A stretch of DNA of 64,000 nt from NCBI GenBank assembly GCA_964291215.2, contig OZ219791.1, positions 1,440,001 through 1,504,000 on the forward strand. Direction: 5' to 3'. This DNA comes from Alphaproteobacteria bacterium. Lineage in GTDB: Bacteria; Pseudomonadota; Alphaproteobacteria; MPNO01; UBA830. Both the position numbers and the translations under genes were made by a program. The notes beneath the pieces are model-generated. The model saw only the letters and a list, made by a program, of their open reading frames with translations, did no database searches and was not told where the DNA came from. The first letter of the stretch is position 1; each line of letters starts with the position of its first letter. This document shows, piece after piece, positions 62,705 through 64,000 of the stretch.

Positions 62705-63316
62705 TCAGTTCGGGGTCCGGCCGGCCCTCAGATAGTGGCGGATCAGGGCGAGGGCTTCCGGCGCATCCCATTCCGCCGGTCCCGCAAGCCGGCCGAGCTC
62801 CTTGCCGTCACGCCCGACCAGTAGAGTCGTCGGCAGACCCCGGATCCGGCTTGCGAACATGAACCGGGATCCCGCGTCGTGTAGGAGGCGCATGTGCATC
62901 AAACCCAGCCGGGCGCGGAACGGGGCGATACGGTCCCATCCACTGCGATCCTCGGACAACCCGAGGACCACGAGATCCCGGCCATCAAACTCCGCCTGAA
63001 GACGGTCGAGGGACGGCATCTCGCGCACGCAGGGTCCGCACCACGTCGCCCAAAAATTCACCAGAACCAGCCTGCCCCGGAAATCCGCGAGCGACACCCT
63101 GCTTCCATCCTCGTCAACGAACACGCTTGCGGGCGGCGTCACGGGCTCCGCCGCCGGCTCGAACTTCTGCATCCATCCCGCAAGCGGCGGCCCGGCCGGC
63201 TCCGCCCGGGAACTTGATTGCCCGCAGAGAGATGCCATTATCAGGCTCGCTGCGAGCACGACGCCCGCGGCCACACGCATTCGGGCAATCGGCAACAGTC
63301 TGCAAGCAGCCATCAT
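62705..63316 (-). CDS. tlpA: TlpA family thiol:disulfide interchange protein
   Basis: [30 protein letters not shown]; divergent from argH. Start uncertain. Confidence 0.88.
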   Translation of the reverse strand: MMAACRLLPIARMRVAAGVVLAASLIMASLCGQSSSRAEPAGPPLAGWMQKFEPAAEPVTPPASVFVDEDGSRVSLADFRGRLVLVNFWATWCGPCVREMPSLDRLQAEFDGRDLVVLGLSEDRSGWDRIAPFRARLGLMHMRLLHDAGSRFMFASRIRGLPTTLLVGRDGKELGRLAGPAEWDAPEALALIRHYLRAGRTPN

Positions 63317-64000
63317 GGGCAAGAAGGATCCCCCTGCACCTGCGTCCGGCCAGATGTCGGCCGGTCCCCTGGACCGTTCCGCCCCCAACAGCATGTGGGG
63401 CGGGAGGTTCACCAGTGCGCCTGACACGCTCATGGAAGGAATTAACGCATCCATCGGTTTTGACAAGGCCCTGCATGCGCAGGATATCGCCGGTTCGCGC
63501 GCCCACACCGAGATGCTCGCCGCAGCCGGCATCCTCCCGGCCGAGGATGCCGCCGCAATTTGCGCCGGACTCGACCAGATCGTTGCGGAGATCGAGGCCG
63601 GCGAATTCGACTTCCGGACCGAGCTTGAAGACATTCACATGAACATCGAGGCCCGCCTCGGCGAACTCATCGGCGGCGCGGCGGGACGCCTGCATACCGC
63701 GCGTTCCCGCAACGACCAGGTGGCAACCGACCTGCGCCTCTGGCTGCGTGATGCCGTCGATGGATGCGACGCAGCGCTGGCCGCGCTGCAGTCGACCCTC
63801 ATAGACAAGGCCGAGGCGCATGCGGACTGGGTAATGCCGGGCTTCACCCATCTGCAGGCCGCACAGCCGGTGACGGTAGGGCATCACATGCTCGCCTATG
63901 TCGAGATGTTCGGACGCGACCGGGGCCGGCTGGCGGACGCCCGCAAGAGGCTCAACGAATCGCCGCTCGGGGCGGGGGCGCTGGCCGGCACGTCGTTCGC
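63315..64000 (+). CDS. argH: Argininosuccinate lyase (runs off the window end)
   Basis: [62 protein letters not shown]. Confidence 0.96.
   Translation, partial: MGKKDPPAPASGQMSAGPLDRSAPNSMWGGRFTSAPDTLMEGINASIGFDKALHAQDIAGSRAHTEMLAAAGILPAEDAAAICAGLDQIVAEIEAGEFDFRTELEDIHMNIEARLGELIGGAAGRLHTARSRNDQVATDLRLWLRDAVDGCDAALAALQSTLIDKAEAHADWVMPGFTHLQAAQPVTVGHHMLAYVEMFGRDRGRLADARKRLNESPLGAGALAGTSF

Noticed and set aside
1-64000. CRISPR array, rRNA or prophage structural genes
   Set aside because: I saw no regularly spaced direct repeats, rRNA signatures or phage motifs.

Overview
A GC-rich alphaproteobacterial chromosome segment; the argH-tlpA pair, pyrD and tRNA-Pro support this, and the content resembles host-associated (possibly sponge-symbiont) lineages. 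Intact catabolic and housekeeping genes alternate with dense insertion-sequence graveyards. Intact content: (1) a 6.2-kb FN3-repeat autotransporter behind a C22 tract, in a cassette that recurs as an empty inverted copy at 21.7-22.3 kb; (2) a PuuE-like deacetylase, an orphan Mo-hydroxylase subunit and an aromatic acyl-CoA/redox cluster; (3) a BMP purine/nucleoside ABC transporter divergent from an NdmC-like x2, NdmD-like, NdmE-like Rieske N-demethylase operon, the best candidate for an undescribed methyl-purine scavenging system; (4) a ring-hydroxylating oxygenase alpha/beta pair followed by a variant bufferin-type RiPP cluster (DUF2282, DUF692, DUF2063, DoxX); (5) a ComDE-like decarboxylase, a class IV aminotransferase, sufE, pyrD, tlpA and argH. 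Relics: IS256 x3, IS30 x2, IS110 plus passenger x2, IS630, IS1634, IS4, ISAs1-DUF4338, ISKra4-like, a ~195-bp MITE x2, and pseudogenes of metY, an RND permease, a TIGR02391-like protein and an SBD-HNH nuclease. These relics are eroded mainly by many short deletions. All family calls come from motif recognition by eye; no searches were run.
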